Part shown: piece after piece, positions 50,222-59,289 of the stretch
How the letters are laid out: every line of letters starts with the position of its first letter
Numbering within the stretch: the first letter of the stretch is position 1
Source: Thermodesulfobacteriota bacterium
Lineage (GTDB): Bacteria > Desulfobacterota > Desulfarculia > JACQYL01
NCBI GenBank assembly: GCA_963675595.2
Contig: CAXXLZ010000002.1
Coordinates: 2,432,001-2,496,000 of the forward strand
Reading direction: 5' to 3'
Length of the DNA stretch: 64,000 nucleotides
The notes under the pieces: generated by a model
The model's database searches: none
Told to the model about the DNA's origin: nothing
What the model saw: the letters and a program-made list of their open reading frames with translations, nothing else
Program-made: the position numbers and the translations under genes

Positions 50222-51223
50222 TCATTCTGAGCTTAGTGGGGGCAGCTTCCTTTTCCAAGGTGGCGGTTGAAGTAAAATACTACCGTTGTTCACAACAAAC
50301 CTTCTTTTTAATGCCGTGCTTACATTTCTAAGACTAACCAGCATATTTCTGTAGTTAAGGTGAGCCTCCCTGATGGACATAGGCGGCGCTTCACCATATC
50401 TATGCTTTATTGCCTTCTTATGGCAAGAAAATAGTCGAATAGTATCACCATCTATTGATTTTTCAGTTTCTTCATTTATCGTATTAGCCAGAGCAGCCAG
50501 ATCATGATGTCTCGGTATACTCAAGCCATACTGAGCAATTATAAGTTTTAAGGCTTGCTCCAAAGCAAAATGCATTTCCCAATAGGCAGTCGAGACACGC
50601 GACTCTTCGAGACTTGCAATATCCCTCACAGCCCTTGTAAGATTATCCAAAATGATGGAACGGGCTCTTCTCAATTCCGTTTGATTGAGATCAGCGGTCA
50701 ATAGATTAATATGGATCGTCCGGGTATCAGATGCTACATCAACCATATCCTCTCTTATAGCTACAAGCGCTTCCTTGTCTATTTTGGACAAATTTGGAGG
50801 ACTTTGAAACCAAGTCATAATATTCTGATCTTTTAGCCTATCGTTACTAAAGTGAAACCACCTTCTATTTGGACCATCCATTTCTCCCGCCAACATGAAA
50901 GGAACAATAAATTCAAAAGGAGTATTATAAATAAGAACTAAACCTCTACTGTCTTGCGATATTTTCGACTTCATTGCAGCGCCATATCGTTCAATATACC
51001 ACCTCTCGATTTTTTCAACGACTGCGCTAAACCAGGACATCTTTAGTATATCCTTCTTATCACAACCCTTAGTCTCTATAATGCAGAAATCCACGAAGAG
51101 TGCGACAGCCGCGTCAGGTCTGTCTTTTAAAGGAACGCTTTGATCGGCAAAAGTTTCGTCGAATATAGGCAATTGATATTCAAGAAACTCATAAATATCA
51201 GCAAATTCAGGATGGGTGGTCAT
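50222..51223 (-). CDS. Low-GC hypothetical protein with C-terminal HEPN-like domain
   Basis: HFALEQALKLII...IPRHHDLAALA...HRYG; AT-rich. Confidence 0.65.
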   Translation of the reverse strand: MTTHPEFADIYEFLEYQLPIFDETFADQSVPLKDRPDAAVALFVDFCIIETKGCDKKDILKMSWFSAVVEKIERWYIERYGAAMKSKISQDSRGLVLIYNTPFEFIVPFMLAGEMDGPNRRWFHFSNDRLKDQNIMTWFQSPPNLSKIDKEALVAIREDMVDVASDTRTIHINLLTADLNQTELRRARSIILDNLTRAVRDIASLEESRVSTAYWEMHFALEQALKLIIAQYGLSIPRHHDLAALANTINEETEKSIDGDTIRLFSCHKKAIKHRYGEAPPMSIREAHLNYRNMLVSLRNVSTALKRRFVVNNGSILLQPPPWKRKLPPLSSE

Positions 51224-51530
51224 GCACGTCTCCGTCCATCTTGAAGGATACGGTAAACCCATGGAATGGGGCTCATCTGTCCTACGCGACGAGGTTCTGC
51301 CTCTATGGCCAATCGTATCTATCGGGGAAAATGGTCAAAAAGCGTCACGGGTTATTGCTTCGGGGATATGCGTTCACACACTTCTCTAATACATGGCAAC
51401 AACGGATACGGATACGGCCTTTCTGCAACGCCGTCCCCCGTTTGCCTACAGGGAGCCTCTTCCCTTCCGAACTTCACCCAGTCCGCACGCAGTGGCGCAT
51501 AGTGTCAAGCTCCCTTGGATCGCGGATGGC

Positions 51531-53432
51531 TCAAGGCTTTCCCTCCACCTCCCTCCCCTCCCCCACCTTTTCCAACTCCACGTTCAGGCGTTTGACCTCC
51601 GCGGCCGGAGTCCAGCGGGCTGCGAAGGTCAGGGCGGATTCAGAAGGAACGGTCGGGGAGGAGACCCAGATTTCCGGGGGATTTTTCAGTTCGCCGGCCC
51701 ACACGGTCTTGGGTTTGACCATGAGTCCGCACACCTTGCGGCCGGCCAGATCCGGATCGTCGTCCACGAACCCCAGGACCCGGTACCGGCTCATGTCGGG
51801 GTTGAACAGAATCTCCTCGCACAAGAAGCGTCCCGCCTTGCCGGCTCCGTAGATCAGCACGGCGCGTCGTCCCTTCACGTGGGGCCGGGGGGCCCTTTTC
51901 TGCACGAAGTCGTCCAATGCGCGGAAACTCACCCGCGCCACGCTGATGAACAGGAACAATAGCACCCCGAAAATCAGAAACGCGCTTCGGGAATGCCCCT
52001 GGCCGAACCGGGTGAACAGGGTGACCACGGCCAGGCTGAGCACGGTGGCCAGAAAAGACCCCAGGGCGATACTCGGTAATTCGGACAGACCCACCAACCG
52101 CCAGGTGCCCGTATACACCCCGGCCACTCGGAGAGCGATGAGGCTGCTCACCACCACCAGGGGCAGGGACCGCACCATGGCTTCCTGCATGGCCGGGTCC
52201 AGGCTCAGTTCGAAACGCAGCAAATAAGCGCTGTAGAAGCTGATGCTCACCACCACCGCGTCGAAGATCGCCTCCCCCAGTCTTTGCCTGGAATCCAGGT
52301 TGCCGGCGAACCGAAGCCAGAACGGCAGGTCGGTGCGTTCCGCCCTGGGGTCGGAAAATCGGCCCAGGTACGCCCCCACCAACGCCAGGAACAGGCAGAA
52401 TCCCCCGAACAGGGGAATGGATTGTTGCGGCACGGTCTGGATGAGGGAGGCCATGAGCCCGCCGAACAGGGAAATTCCATAGAGCAGCGCCAGGGTTCGC
52501 CTCGGTGAAAACCCCAAAGACATCAAGCGATGGGACGTGTGGTCCTTGCCTCCTTTGGTGACCACCTGAGCGCGCAGGGTGCGGGTGATCATCACGAAGA
52601 GGGTGTCGAAAATGGGCACGGCCATGGCCGCGATGGGAATCAGCAGAGTTTCGAAACCCAAGGGGGGGGCGGAGGACGTTTTGGACAGAAAATACCCGTT
52701 CATGGGACTGGGAATGGACACGGCCGCCAGGAAGAATCCCATGGTCAGGCTCCCCGAATCTCCCATGAAAATCCGGGCCGGAGGCTTGTTGTGCAGCCAG
52801 AACCCGAACACGGCCCCAAGGAACAACAGGATCAAAGGCAGGGCCGGCGTGGTCCAGCCCACGGCCCGCCAGGTCAGAAAAGCCAGTGCGGCTCCGGAAA
52901 GCAGGGCCACGCCCGACGCGAGGCCGTCCATGTTGTCCAACATGTTCATGGCGTTGGTGATGCCGGCGAACCAGAGGAAGGTGACCAGGAGATCGATGAT
53001 CTTGTAATCGGTCAGAGGCAACACGCCGCCGGTGTACATGAACAGGCTCGAGGCCCCCAGTTGCCAGATGAGCTTGTTGGAGGGCCTCATGGCGCGAAGG
53101 TCGTCCCACAGACCGCAAATGAACAACAGGCCCGTGCCCAGCACCGTGGCGGTGGACGGGGAGACTTGCGGCTCCAACGCCTGAAACAGAAAAAAATGCT
53201 CCCTCAAAGAGGGATATTCAACTAGCAGAAACAGGAAGGAAAAGACCAGGAAAGGCAGGCCGAAACCCACTCCCCCGTGCACCGCGGTGGGTTCCTTGTG
53301 CCATCGGTCCGGCCTGGGCTGAACCACCCATCCGTTGCGACGGCCGAGCTTGCGCATGCATCGCGTGCCCAGCCACGATACGGGAAGGATAAGCAACAGC
53401 AGGAGATTGAAAACCCAGGAAAATGGATGCAT
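51531..53432 (-). CDS. WecA/MraY-family polyprenyl-phosphate sugar-1-P transferase fused to a CapD-N-terminal-like/Rossmann region
   Basis: GLWDD, NAMNMLDNMDG, IFMGDSGS, DHTSHRL; then LIYGAGKAG and GFVDDDP. Confidence 0.85.
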   Translation of the reverse strand: MHPFSWVFNLLLLLILPVSWLGTRCMRKLGRRNGWVVQPRPDRWHKEPTAVHGGVGFGLPFLVFSFLFLLVEYPSLREHFFLFQALEPQVSPSTATVLGTGLLFICGLWDDLRAMRPSNKLIWQLGASSLFMYTGGVLPLTDYKIIDLLVTFLWFAGITNAMNMLDNMDGLASGVALLSGAALAFLTWRAVGWTTPALPLILLFLGAVFGFWLHNKPPARIFMGDSGSLTMGFFLAAVSIPSPMNGYFLSKTSSAPPLGFETLLIPIAAMAVPIFDTLFVMITRTLRAQVVTKGGKDHTSHRLMSLGFSPRRTLALLYGISLFGGLMASLIQTVPQQSIPLFGGFCLFLALVGAYLGRFSDPRAERTDLPFWLRFAGNLDSRQRLGEAIFDAVVVSISFYSAYLLRFELSLDPAMQEAMVRSLPLVVVSSLIALRVAGVYTGTWRLVGLSELPSIALGSFLATVLSLAVVTLFTRFGQGHSRSAFLIFGVLLFLFISVARVSFRALDDFVQKRAPRPHVKGRRAVLIYGAGKAGRFLCEEILFNPDMSRYRVLGFVDDDPDLAGRKVCGLMVKPKTVWAGELKNPPEIWVSSPTVPSESALTFAARWTPAAEVKRLNVELEKVGEGREVEGKP

Positions 53433-53619
53433 GGAACGAAGCGCTCTGTCTCGGGCCGGTGAAGAACGCGGGCGGCACGCCCAGCAAATCGCCGTTCTTC
53501 GCCTGCCCGCGGCAAACGGGCGTTTTCAAAGGGGTGGCATGGGACCTCTTACCGAGGATGACCCGGGTCGGCCTCCTCGGTGCTTTCTCCAACTCTACGG
53601 GCGACGGTCATGGAAACTC

Positions 53620-53658
53620 GGTTACGACGCGTAAGCAAGCAACCCTCTCAAGAAGTTG
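53620..53658 (+). repeat. Short palindromic repeat, family B
   Basis: GGTTACGACGCGTAAGCAAGCAACCC. Confidence 0.6.
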
Positions 53659-53881
53659 AGACCATTCACACGGCCGCCGGGGGAACGCCGGCACGGGGGG
53701 CACAGCGGAAGAGGTGGGCCTTCGGCCGTTTCTTGGGCAGGCACTATGGCCTGCCCCTACAATAGACGAGCCCCCCCGTGAATGATTACATCCGGTTTCC
53801 CCACCGATTTCCAACGCCCCACCATCTCCTGAATCGACAAGGGAACTCCCTGCTTCGGATTCGGAACGAGCCCTTGGCCCT

Positions 53882-53960
53882 GGTTGCGACGCGTAAGCGA
53901 GCAACCCGTTCAAAAAGCTCGGGAAAGGGTTCGGGAAAACCCATTTCAAAAGGATTCCCC
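53882..53960 (+). repeat. Short palindromic repeat, family B
   Basis: GGTTGCGACGCGTAAGCGAGCAACCCG... Confidence 0.65.
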
Positions 53961-53983
53961 GAAGCTCCCGTGATTACATACCA

Positions 53984-55090
53984 TCATCCTCCGATTTTGG
54001 AGGGCCGGCAAGCATGAACTTGTCGGTAGACTTCCTCCACGCCCGAAACCATGTCTTGGATGCGGAAGGAGGTTTCGACCCGTTTCCTGCCGGCCGCGCC
54101 CATCCGGCAACGAAGGTCCTCGTTTTCCACCAGTTGGTTCAGGGCGTGGGCCATGGCCTCGGGATTCCGGGGCGGCACCACGAAACCCGTGACGCCGTGC
54201 TGCACGATCCAGGAGGTTCCGGTGCCGATCTCGGTGGTCACGCACGGAAGGCCGCTCGCCATGGCTTCCAGCAGCACCATGCCGAAGGCCTCGGCCCGGC
54301 TGTTGGACGGAAGCACAAAGACGTGCGCCCTGCGGTAATGCGCCGGCAGGCCCGCGTCGGACACTTCTCCAAGGAACTCCACGCGATGTCCCAGGCCCAG
54401 GGCGGCGCCTTCCGACTCCCATTGAGCACGCATGGGACCGTCTCCCAGGATACGCAGGCGAGCATGCGGCACTTGAACCACGGCCTTGAGCAGAGTCCCC
54501 ACGTCCTTGTAGTAACGGTGTTTTCCCGTGAACAGAATGGTCGGATACGGGTCCTTTTCGTCGGGCCCGGGAGCAAACCGCTCCGGGTCGATGCCATAGG
54601 GAACCAAGCGGCATTTGGCGCGATGAGGAGAAAGCCAAGGCGATCCGTCCCGGTACGCTGGAGAGGCCGCGATGATGCGATGAGCGCTGCGAAGGACCCT
54701 GCGATAGATGGGAGAATAGAGTGCCAAGAGCCGCTTCTGGCGCACCACGTCCGCATGGTGCGAGATGACGGTCGCTCCCCTTCCCCATTGCCGATGAGCC
54801 CACTCTCCCAAGGGAAAGGGCGAATGGATGTGGGTCACGTCCGGCCTTTCCCTGCACAAACGAAAAACGAAATCCAGGCTCAGGGGCATGGACGCAACGG
54901 TACACAAACGCCCGGCCCGCACCACCCGCACGCCTTGTTCCATGCGCACCGACGGCCTCATACCCGGAGCGCACACCAGCACGGAGACGTGATGTCCGTT
55001 TCGTACCTGGGCCTCGGCCAGGGTCTTCACCAGGTTTTCGATGCCGCCCACAACCGGAGCGTAGTCCTTGTACAGATGAAGAATCCGCAT
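53984..55090 (-). CDS. Glycosyltransferase family 4
   Basis: GGIE, HIHSPFP, EAFGMVLLEAMASG. Confidence 0.92.
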   Translation of the reverse strand: MRILHLYKDYAPVVGGIENLVKTLAEAQVRNGHHVSVLVCAPGMRPSVRMEQGVRVVRAGRLCTVASMPLSLDFVFRLCRERPDVTHIHSPFPLGEWAHRQWGRGATVISHHADVVRQKRLLALYSPIYRRVLRSAHRIIAASPAYRDGSPWLSPHRAKCRLVPYGIDPERFAPGPDEKDPYPTILFTGKHRYYKDVGTLLKAVVQVPHARLRILGDGPMRAQWESEGAALGLGHRVEFLGEVSDAGLPAHYRRAHVFVLPSNSRAEAFGMVLLEAMASGLPCVTTEIGTGTSWIVQHGVTGFVVPPRNPEAMAHALNQLVENEDLRCRMGAAGRKRVETSFRIQDMVSGVEEVYRQVHACRPSKIGG

Positions 55091-55120
55091 GACACCCCGT
55101 TCGGCCCGAAACCCCATCCG

Positions 55121-56233
55121 TCAGCTCAAGCCCACCGTACGACGATAGATGTCGAGGGTCATGGCCGCGGTGCGGGCCCACGTGAACCAGGCCGCGCGTT
55201 CCAGCCCCCGTTCTCTCATGCGGCGCAGCCGGTCGGGATTTTGAAGCAGCGCGGTCACCGTGTCCGCGATGCAGGCGGGACTTTCGGTTTCCAGGTACAC
55301 CGCGGCGTCTCCCCCCACTTCCGGGAGGCTGGACCGCTTGGAACAAACCACGGGAACGCCGGCGGCCATGGCTTCCAGCACCGGAAGCCCGAATCCCTCG
55401 TACAGGGAGGGGAAGACGAAAAGCTCGGCCCCCGCATACAACAGCGGAAGCTCGTGGTCCTCCACCGGCCCCAGGCAGTGAATCGGTCCCTGGTTGCGGT
55501 GGTTGCTCCCTCGGGGCGGCGGGCCGCCGCCCAATACCAGGGGAAGGCCGTGCCGTTGAAACGCATCGGGCGCCCAGGCGCCGATGACCTTATCACGGTT
55601 CTTGTTGGGCCGGTCGGACCCGAAGTACAGACAGTACCTGGAGGGGAGTTTCCGCTGTTCCTTCCATCGGGCGACCTCGTCGGGGTCCCTTGGATGAAAA
55701 CGCGCATCCACGCCCAGAGGCACGATCTTGAGCTTCCGCCCGCTGCCGAAACGGTCCCTGATGTCTCGTGCCGTGCACCGGGAATCCACAATCACGGTGG
55801 AGGCGGCGAGCAAGGAGGCCAACACCGCGAACCGATAAAACAGCCTGGACTTGGCCGTGCTCCGCTCGGGCAGAATCATGGGGATGAGGTCGTGCACGGT
55901 GACCACGGTTCGGGCTCCCGAGATATACGGCATCACGCAATAAGGGCTGTGGTACACGTGAATCCCCGCGCGTTTGAGAATGAGCGGGGAAATCCACTGC
56001 TGGGAAAGGAAAAGAGGCTCGACGGAAACGTCGAGCCATTGAAGACGCGGGTGCTTGATGAGGGAAAGCCCGAACACGTCGAGCTTCCAGGGATTCCGGA
56101 ACGCGAAGAGAAATTCCCTCTCATCCAGTTGATCGAGCATTTCGCGCAGCAGATTGGCGGTATAGCGCCCAATACCGGTAAAACCCATATTGGCGGTTCG
56201 GGCGTCGAGGCAGTAGTGAATATTGGAACTCAT
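55121..56233 (-). CDS. Glycosyltransferase family 4
   Basis: TGIGRY, VTVHDLIP, FPSLYEGFGLPVLEAM; start set at MSSNIHY. Confidence 0.9.
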   Translation of the reverse strand: MSSNIHYCLDARTANMGFTGIGRYTANLLREMLDQLDEREFLFAFRNPWKLDVFGLSLIKHPRLQWLDVSVEPLFLSQQWISPLILKRAGIHVYHSPYCVMPYISGARTVVTVHDLIPMILPERSTAKSRLFYRFAVLASLLAASTVIVDSRCTARDIRDRFGSGRKLKIVPLGVDARFHPRDPDEVARWKEQRKLPSRYCLYFGSDRPNKNRDKVIGAWAPDAFQRHGLPLVLGGGPPPRGSNHRNQGPIHCLGPVEDHELPLLYAGAELFVFPSLYEGFGLPVLEAMAAGVPVVCSKRSSLPEVGGDAAVYLETESPACIADTVTALLQNPDRLRRMRERGLERAAWFTWARTAAMTLDIYRRTVGLS

Positions 56234-56601
56234 ATTTCGGCCGAGTGGGAGGTTTTGCCTGCATAAGCGGATGTGCATGACAAGGCTCCTCGTCCTTTTG
56301 TCCAATCCGGCCTGACAAGTCAAGCACGGAAACGGCCGAGGAAAATGCGTTTGAAAGTGTCGTATTCGGTGGGACTCGTCGTATGTTCGGCTGACATCAA
56401 GATACGGAACATCCGGAAACCACGGACAGGATGATATTTCTATACAAAGCGCCCCCTGAATTCTATAATGATTCCAAGGTGGAAGGCCCCGTGAATCCCC
56501 GAGCGGTAATCTCCTCGAATTCGCCCGCCGCAGTGGACTTTTTTCAGCCCGCCTCCGACGGAACAAGCTATTCGCCCTATGCCTGAAAGGAACATTCGAT
56601 T

Positions 56602-56997
56602 TTGGCCGGGATTCTTGTCATAGACGACGACATTCAGATCAGGAACATGCTCAAAGCCATCCTGGAACGTGAAGGGCACCGGGTGGAGTTGGCTTACGAA
56701 GGCGAGGAGGGCCTGCGCAAATGCCGTGAATCGAGACCCGACCTGGTCATCACCGATCTGATCATGCCCGGCAAAGAGGGCATCGAAACCATCAAAGAGA
56801 TGAAGCGAGGATTCCCCGGCATTCTGATCATCGCCATGTCCGGCGGGGGGCGCAACCGACCCGAGGTCTATCTGGACCTTGCCGGCGCCATTGGAGCGGT
56901 CCGCACCTTTGCCAAGCCCATCCGAAAAGACGAACTGCTGGCCGTGGTTCGTGAAGTCCTGGACCTACGGACGGATGCTACGGTCCAAACCATCTAA
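56602..56997 (+). CDS. Single-domain response regulator
   Basis: ILVIDDD, ITDLIMP, IAMSGGG, KP. Confidence 0.9.
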   Translation: MAGILVIDDDIQIRNMLKAILEREGHRVELAYEGEEGLRKCRESRPDLVITDLIMPGKEGIETIKEMKRGFPGILIIAMSGGGRNRPEVYLDLAGAIGAVRTFAKPIRKDELLAVVREVLDLRTDATVQTI

Positions 56998-57011
56998 TAA
57001 GCATTTACGGT

Positions 57012-57090
57012 GGAGGACTTTCGGGAAAGCCCTCTCTCGTACCCCATCCCAAAGCACGTTGGACTGGCCTCACCGCCTTCAGCGGAGAGG
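57012..57090 (+). repeat. REP/MITE-like repeat, family A
   Basis: GGAGGACTTTCGGGAAAG..GCACGTTGGAC..GCCTCACCGCCTTCAGCGGAGAGG. Confidence 0.78.
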
Positions 57091-57150
57091 CTGAGGAAGC
57101 AGCATGTACCGTACAACGCATTAAACTGCTTACAGTTTTTAGGAGAGAGC

Positions 57151-57186
57151 CCGAGGGAACCCTTTTTTCAAAAAGGGTTCCCTCGG
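57151..57186. repeat. Perfect 17-bp inverted repeat
   Basis: CCGAGGGAACCCTTTTT-TC-AAAAAGGGTTCCCTCGG. Confidence 0.7.
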
Positions 57187-57382
57187 ATACCCCTTGTGAA
57201 TGCTCACTTGGAAAGCTTTTCCGGAATAGCCTGTGAACGCGTACAACGCGCGACTCTTACCGCCGGCGGCGGAAGACCGCCTCACTATTAGGCCGGTTCG
57301 GCGCGGCCCCCATTTCGCTTGTCCTTCTTTCCTCCCCTGTGCTAAATTCCGGCGGTTACTAATGCACACAGAGAGGATTCCC

Positions 57383-57667
57383 ATGAAGATTTCCCCGGAA
57401 GAAGTCCGACACGTCGCCGACTTGGCCCGCCTGGATTTGAACGAAGAACTGGTAGAACTGTTCACCACGCAGCTCAATTCTCTGCTGGGATATATGGAAA
57501 AGCTCAACGAGCTGGATACCACCGGCGTCGAGCCCACCAGCCACGTGGTGGATATGAAGAATGCGTTTCGCGAGGACGTGGTCACCGAATCCCTGCCTTT
57601 GGACAAAGCGCTGGCCAATGCTCCCCAAGAGGATCGAGGCTGTTTCGTGGTTCCTCGCGTCATCTGA
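57383..57667 (+). CDS. gatC: Asp/Glu-tRNA amidotransferase subunit C
   Basis: EEVRHVADLARL, LDTTGVEPTSH, FVVPRVI. Confidence 0.95.
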   Translation: MKISPEEVRHVADLARLDLNEELVELFTTQLNSLLGYMEKLNELDTTGVEPTSHVVDMKNAFREDVVTESLPLDKALANAPQEDRGCFVVPRVI

Positions 57668-57793
57668 CCCGGACTTCGACACCCGCCGGAAGGCGCCTTT
57701 GGTGCTTTCTGCGGCGACGACTCCTCAAATCCATACGATCCGGCCGAAGGATGAGACTTTCCCGTCCGGCCGCAACCCTATAAGGCGAATCCC

Positions 57794-59251
57794 ATGCAGC
57801 CCTATGAATTAACACTCACCGAGCTCCATGAGCTGTTCAAAAAGCGTGAACTCTCTTCCGTGGAGGCCACCCGAAGCGTGCTGGACCGCATCGCGTCCCT
57901 GAATCCGCAGCTCAACTCCTACATCAGCGTGACTTCGGACATGGCCCTCAAGTCGGCTCAAGAAGCCGACGAGGTCATGAAACGTGGCAACTTCGACCCG
58001 CTTTGCGGTATTCCCGTGGCCGTCAAGGACGTCATCTGCATCGAAGGCATCGAGTGCACCTGCGGATCCAAGATTCTGCACAACTACGTCCCTCCTTACG
58101 ACGCCACGGTCATTTCCAGACTGAAGGACCGACATGCGGTGTTCGTGGGAAAGACGAACATGGACGAATTCGCCATGGGGTCTTCCACGGAGAATTCGGC
58201 GAGCGGCCCGGCCCGCAACCCCTGGAATACGGAATGCGTCACCGGAGGCTCCAGCGGCGGTTCGGCCGCGGCCCTGGCTTCGGACCAGTGCATGGGCGCC
58301 CTGGGTACGGACACGGGCGGTTCCATCCGACAGCCGGCCTGCTTCTGCGGCATCGCGGGCCTCAAGCCCACGTACGGTCGCGTATCGAGGTACGGCATGG
58401 TGGCTTTCGCGTGCTCCCTCGAGCAGATCGGTCCCATGGCCAAACGCGTGGAAGACCTTGCCCTGCTCATGAACGGCATCGCGGGCTACGATTCCATGGA
58501 CTCCACCTCGGTGAACATGCCGGTTCCCGATTACACTTTGGACCTCAAAAAGGACCTCAAAGGACTCAAGGCCGGCATTCCCAAGGAATTTTTCACCGAA
58601 GGCACGGACCCGGAGGTGGACGCGGCCGTGAAACAGGCCATCAAAACCATCGAGTCCATGGGGGTGGAACTCCAAGAAGTGTCCCTCTCGTACAACGACT
58701 ATGCCATCACGGCGTACTACATCATCGCTCCGGCGGAAGCGAGTTCCAACCTGGCTCGATTCGACGGCGTGAAATACGGCTACCGGGCCGAAGGCGCTCA
58801 AGACCTTCGCGAGATGTACCGCGTCACGCGCACCCAAGGGTTCGGACGCGAAGTGATTCGCAGGATCATGCTGGGCACCTACGTTTTGAGCGCGGGTTAC
58901 TACGACGCTTTCTACCGTAAAGCATGCCAGGTCAGAACCTTGATCGTGAAGCAGTTCAAGAGCGTGTTCGAGGACGTGGACTTCCTCATCACGCCCGTGT
59001 CTCCCATGCCGGCGTTCAAGATCGGGGAGAAACTGGAAGACCCCCTCACCATGTACCTGGTGGACGTGTTCACCCTGTCCACCAACTTGGCGGGCATTCC
59101 CGGCATCAGCGTGCCCTGCGGCCTGACCCAATCCGGACTTCCCATCGGAGTCCAATTCCTGGGCCGGCATTATGGAGAAGACACGCTCCTTCGAGTGGCG
59201 CATCAGTTCGAACAGGCCACCGAACACCACAAAGCGAAACTCACTCTTTGA
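57794..59251 (+). CDS. gatA: Asp/Glu-tRNA amidotransferase subunit A
   Basis: GKTNMDEFAMGSSTE, GGSSGGS, GTDTGGSIRQPA, EASSNLARFDG, RRIMLG. Confidence 0.96.
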   Translation: MQPYELTLTELHELFKKRELSSVEATRSVLDRIASLNPQLNSYISVTSDMALKSAQEADEVMKRGNFDPLCGIPVAVKDVICIEGIECTCGSKILHNYVPPYDATVISRLKDRHAVFVGKTNMDEFAMGSSTENSASGPARNPWNTECVTGGSSGGSAAALASDQCMGALGTDTGGSIRQPACFCGIAGLKPTYGRVSRYGMVAFACSLEQIGPMAKRVEDLALLMNGIAGYDSMDSTSVNMPVPDYTLDLKKDLKGLKAGIPKEFFTEGTDPEVDAAVKQAIKTIESMGVELQEVSLSYNDYAITAYYIIAPAEASSNLARFDGVKYGYRAEGAQDLREMYRVTRTQGFGREVIRRIMLGTYVLSAGYYDAFYRKACQVRTLIVKQFKSVFEDVDFLITPVSPMPAFKIGEKLEDPLTMYLVDVFTLSTNLAGIPGISVPCGLTQSGLPIGVQFLGRHYGEDTLLRVAHQFEQATEHHKAKLTL

Positions 59252-59289
59252 ATCGTCGCCGCCCTCGGGGCGGCGATGTTCTTCCACGC

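Noticed and set aside
54014-56266. 750-aa plus-strand ORF
   Set aside because: Antisense shadow of two well-supported GT4 genes; no motifs; expected at high GC.
7693-57090. Recurrent palindromic repeats as a CRISPR array
   Set aside because: Copies are dispersed, not regularly spaced with spacers, and no cas genes are present.
57383-59251. gatCA without adjacent gatB
   Set aside because: Split gat operons are common; gatB is probably elsewhere.
57809-59287. 492-aa minus-strand ORF
   Set aside because: Antisense to gatA; codon-bias artefact.
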